A stretch of 64,000 nt of DNA from Kofleriaceae bacterium (GTDB lineage: Bacteria; Myxococcota_A; Polyangia; Haliangiales; Haliangiaceae), in contig JBKJLC010000237.1 of assembly GCA_046597055.1 (NCBI GenBank), positions 86,737 through 150,736 of the forward strand. The letters are read 5' to 3'. Below are positions 58,309-64,000 of the stretch, in pieces (positions within the stretch are counted from its first letter, which is position 1; each line of letters opens with the position of its first letter). The translations under genes were made by a program, and so were the position numbers. Below the pieces are notes generated by a model, which was not told the origin of the DNA, made no database searches, and saw nothing but the letters and a program-made list of their open reading frames with translations.

Positions 58309-58741
58309 AGGAGTACGAATACGCGAGATCGGACGGCACCGCGCCGAAGTCGATCTGCTCGACCTTCTCGATGACGCACCGCTCGACCGCGTCGTTCTTG
58401 ATGGTCGACTCGACCACCTTCACGTCGCGCGCCTTGCCGTTGGTGCCGATCACGAACGCCAGGTTGACGCGCCCGCGCGCCCGCTTGGCGGCCTCACCTT
58501 CGGCCACCGCGTCGGCCAGGCAGCGCGCGGCGGCGCTCCGCTTGCGATCGAGCAGCGACTTGATCTCCTCGAGCTTCTCGGGCGGGTACATCCCGCTGTC
58601 GTCGGCAGCTCCCTCGTCGTCGGTCGCGACCTCGCCGTCGGCGGCGGGGTCGCCGGGGTTGTCCGCCGGCTTGGCCTTGCCGCCACACGCGGCGGCGACG
58701 AGCAGGCTGGTCAACAGCAGGGGGGTCGCGATGATGCGCAT
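58289..58741 (-). CDS. Lipoprotein with a single AgmX/PglI (TonB-C-like) domain
   Basis: Lipobox AAAC; RCL...GRVNLAFVIGTNG...ESTI...VERCV...F. Confidence 0.82.
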   Translation of the reverse strand: MRIIATPLLLTSLLVAAACGGKAKPADNPGDPAADGEVATDDEGAADDSGMYPPEKLEEIKSLLDRKRSAAARCLADAVAEGEAAKRARGRVNLAFVIGTNGKARDVKVVESTIKNDAVERCVIEKVEQIDFGAVPSDLAYSYSYAFESN

Positions 58742-58796
58742 GGGTTCGCTCCTGGTTGCGGTGGCGCGAGGGCCTGTCCTGAGCCGGTCGACCGGC

Positions 58797-59942
<1,146 letters not shown>

Positions 59943-59965
59943 GAGGAGGTCCTGAGGCGAGGGAG

Positions 59966-60748
59966 TCAGTGGCCCTTGAACGAGGCCGGACGCTTGGCGA
60001 GGAAGGCGTCCATGCCCTCCCGCTGGTCATCGGAGGCGAACAACAGCCCGAAGCTGCGCTGCTCCATGGCGAGCGCGTGGTCGAGGGACATCGACTGCCC
60101 CATGTGGATCAGCCGCTTGCACTCGGCGACCGCGAGCGGTCCGTTGCCGGCGATGCGCGCGGCCAGCGCCTTGACCTTGGGCATCAGCTCGTCGAGCGGG
60201 ACCACCGCGTCGACCAGCCCGAGCCGCAGGGCCTCGGCCGCCGACACCATGTCGCCGGTGAAGCACAGCTCCTTGGCCTTGGCGACGCCGACCCGGCGGG
60301 CCAGTCGCTGGGTGCCACCGAAGCCCGGGATCACCCCGAGCTTCACCTCGGGCTGCCCGAACTTGGCGACCTCGGCCGCATAGATGAAGTCGCAGGAGAG
60401 GGCCAGCTCGCAGCCACCCCCGAGGGCGAAGCCGTTCACCGCGGCGATCCACGGCAGCCGCGACGACTCGATCGCGTGGCCGAGGTTGCCGCCCATCTCG
60501 CTGAACGCGTGCGCCTGCGACGGCGTGAGCGCCTTCATCTCGCCGATGTCGGCGCCGGCGACGAACGCCTTGCCGGCCCCGGTCAGCGCGACCACCCGGA
60601 GGTCGTCGACCACCTCGAGCTCGGCCGCCGCCTCGGTGAGATCGGCCATTACCCGCGACGACAGCGCGTTGAGCTGGGCCTCGCGGCGGATGGTGATGAC
60701 GGCGAGCGGGCCATCCTGCTCGACGGAGAGCGTCTCGTAGGTCGTCAC
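59966..60748 (-). CDS. Enoyl-CoA hydratase (crotonase)
   Basis: AFVAGADI, NGFALGGGCE, GQPEVKLG.IPGFGGTQRL; GTG at 60748. Confidence 0.93.
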   Translation of the reverse strand: MTTYETLSVEQDGPLAVITIRREAQLNALSSRVMADLTEAAAELEVVDDLRVVALTGAGKAFVAGADIGEMKALTPSQAHAFSEMGGNLGHAIESSRLPWIAAVNGFALGGGCELALSCDFIYAAEVAKFGQPEVKLGVIPGFGGTQRLARRVGVAKAKELCFTGDMVSAAEALRLGLVDAVVPLDELMPKVKALAARIAGNGPLAVAECKRLIHMGQSMSLDHALAMEQRSFGLLFASDDQREGMDAFLAKRPASFKGH

Positions 60749-60871
60749 CGCCGGACCATACACCAAGCCCCCACCGCTGCGCGTCACCGGCGCCCGTCGA
60801 CTCCGCGCGCCGTGCATCCTGCGCGACGTCTCGGGACGAAACCTCGGGCGGAATCGAAGTCGCCCGACGCG

Positions 60872-60901
60872 CCTTCGACCGGCACAGGTCAGGGTGAACG
60901 G
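60872..60901 (-). repeat. REP-like element (reverse orientation) supplying the stop codon of the nucleotidyltransferase
   Basis: CCTTCGAC-CGGCACAGG-TCAGGGTGAACGG. Confidence 0.55.
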
Positions 60902-61380
60902 GGCTTCCGGCCGCGCGGCTGCCGCGGTGGCGGCCGACTCTCGTCGAGCATCGCGACGTCGGCGAGGTCCTTGGGACGCCCAGCCGCGAGCTTGTTGGCC
61001 CGGAGCTCGTCCCGACCCAGGAACGCGACGGTGCGACCGTCGAGCTCGACCTCGACCCGGCTCGCCCATGCGCGTCGGAAGCTGACCCCGGTGATGCTGG
61101 TCAGCAGATCGATCTGGAGCGGCGGCACCCCGAGGGTCGCCATTCGGTCCGGTCGCGCGAAGCGGCGCCACGCGCGGGCCAGCGCCGGGAAGCCGAAGTC
61201 AGCCAGCGCGGCGCCGAGCCGTCGCGCGTTTGCCTCGGTCGGGTCGACGAACACGTCCAGGTCCTGCGTCGCGCGCGGTCGTCCCTGCACCGCCAGCGCG
61301 TGGGCGCCGACGACGACGAACCGCACGCGGTGCGAGCACAACGAATCGAAAAACGCGCTCCAGTCGAGCGGGAGCTTCAC
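60889..61380 (-). CDS. Small nucleotidyltransferase (Pol-beta superfamily, DUF6036-like)
   Basis: VVGAHAL..GRPRATQDLD, IDLL, NKLAAGRPKDLADV. Confidence 0.85.
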   Translation of the reverse strand: MKLPLDWSAFFDSLCSHRVRFVVVGAHALAVQGRPRATQDLDVFVDPTEANARRLGAALADFGFPALARAWRRFARPDRMATLGVPPLQIDLLTSITGVSFRRAWASRVEVELDGRTVAFLGRDELRANKLAAGRPKDLADVAMLDESRPPPRQPRGRKPRSP

Positions 61381-61513
61381 CGTAGATCCCCCAGGTGGCC
61401 TCGCGGATGGTCTCGACGGCCGAGACGCGTTCCGCGGCCGGCCGCGACATCCAGTACGCAGCCTCGGCGACCGGCGCGGCCTCCGGCGTGGTCCAGCGAA
61501 ACACGCGACGCAC
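61199..61513 (-). CDS. Small protein overlapping the nucleotidyltransferase gene (putative partner)
   Basis: YWMSRPAAERVSAVETIRE...RLERVFR; TACGGT 5 nt before GTG. Confidence 0.6.
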   Translation of the reverse strand: MRRVFRWTTPEAAPVAEAAYWMSRPAAERVSAVETIREATWGIYGEAPARLERVFRFVVLAPRAVRRRRRPRAGGAGTTARDAGPGRVRRPDRGKRATARRRAG

Positions 61514-61540
61514 GACCTACCGTAAGCGCAAAACAGCCCG

Positions 61541-61574
61541 AAAACACGAAGGGCGCCACCTTCCGGTGACGCCC
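61541..61574 (-). terminator. Rho-independent terminator of rpsA
   Basis: GGGCGTCACC-GGAA-GGTGGCGCCC followed by TTCGTGTTTT on the minus strand. Confidence 0.8.
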
Positions 61575-61635
61575 AGTCTTCCGTCCCCCGACCATCCCTG
61601 AGGCAGTCGTAGGGACTACAGCCGCGAGGGCTGAA

Positions 61636-63390
<1,755 letters not shown>

Positions 63391-63455
63391 GCAGATCTCC
63401 TACAAGCCGCCGAGCTGGATTTGACTACCGAAGCAGCCCTCGACGACAGGGGCGA

Positions 63456-63485
63456 GTTGGTACCGTCCGGCTCTGGTTTTGTCAA
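63456..63485 (-). promoter_or_regulatory. Putative rpsA promoter
   Basis: TTGACA-N17-TACCAAC on the minus strand. Confidence 0.6.
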
Positions 63486-63542
63486 CCAGCGCCATCACAT
63501 CCACGTCAATTGCTCCGTGCCAGCCGTCCGGCCCCGCTACCT

Positions 63543-64000
63543 CTACTGATCGTTGCGCTGACCGGCGGTCGTGGTCTTGGCTTGACGACCGGCGCGCGTC
63601 TCGACCTGGGCCGCGAGCGAATCCACAACTTCTTCGAGGGTTTGCGCGGAGCTGTCGACGAGGACGGCGTCTGCGGCCGGGACCATCGGCGCGACGTCGC
63701 GACCGGCATCCCGCTTGTCACGCTCCTGGATCTCACGGAGGGTGACCTGGTAGTCCACCATCGTGCCGTTCGCGGCAAGCTCGGAGACCCGCCGGCGCGC
63801 GCGCTCGCCCTCGGTCGCCGTCAAGAAGAACTTCGCGTCGGCCTGCGGGAACACGACAGTCCCGGTGTCACGGCCCTCGACCACCACGCCGCCACCCGCC
63901 CCGAGCCGGCGCTGGAGCTCGAGTAGTGCAGCCCGCACCTGCGGGTGCGCCGACACCTGCGACGCTCCCTGCGAGACGTCGGGTGTCCGGATGTCATTCG
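63543..64000 (-). CDS. cmk: Cytidylate kinase (partial; 5' end is beyond the window)
   Basis: VSAHPQVR, EGRDTGTVVFP.A..KFFLTA, ERDKRD; cmk-rpsA synteny. Confidence 0.93.
   Translation of the reverse strand, partial: NDIRTPDVSQGASQVSAHPQVRAALLELQRRLGAGGGVVVEGRDTGTVVFPQADAKFFLTATEGERARRRVSELAANGTMVDYQVTLREIQERDKRDAGRDVAPMVPAADAVLVDSSAQTLEEVVDSLAAQVETRAGRQAKTTTAGQRNDQ

Overview
Very GC-rich bacterial chromosomal segment. Gene content (AglRQS-like motor genes, AgmX/PglI-domain lipoproteins, Cys/Asp-rich surface proteins, a Ser/Thr kinase) suggests a myxobacterium, possibly Haliangiales/Kofleriaceae-like; this is inference. About 52 CDSs and one tRNA-Leu(TAA) were found, with no CRISPR array, prophage or transposase. 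Housekeeping genes include mnmA, two RlmD/TrmA-family and one RlmI-family methyltransferase, lipA, cysE, PBP1A, phoH-GAF/HD-GYP-ybeY, mazG, rpsT-holA, scoAB, tamAB, a split methylmalonyl-CoA mutase with meaB, IHF, rpsA and cmk. The most notable observations are: (1) three lipoproteins carrying four AgmX/PglI TonB-C-like domains, one fused to cupins, interleaved with and apparently translationally coupled to an acyl-CoA/B12-mutase catabolic operon; (2) a TonB-less ExbB-ExbD-ExbD triplet with a Cys-rich insert, followed by twin TPR-like lipoproteins; (3) many genes with a -10 box 5-9 nt before the start codon and no Shine-Dalgarno, i.e. apparently leaderless; (4) a DHH protein with permuted motif order; (5) YbeY with a histone-H1-like AKP tail; (6) a lipid-anchored lysyl oxidase; (7) a putative nucleotidyltransferase toxin-antitoxin pair; (8) a dispersed REP-like repeat family. 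All product calls come from motif recognition by eye, not database searches.
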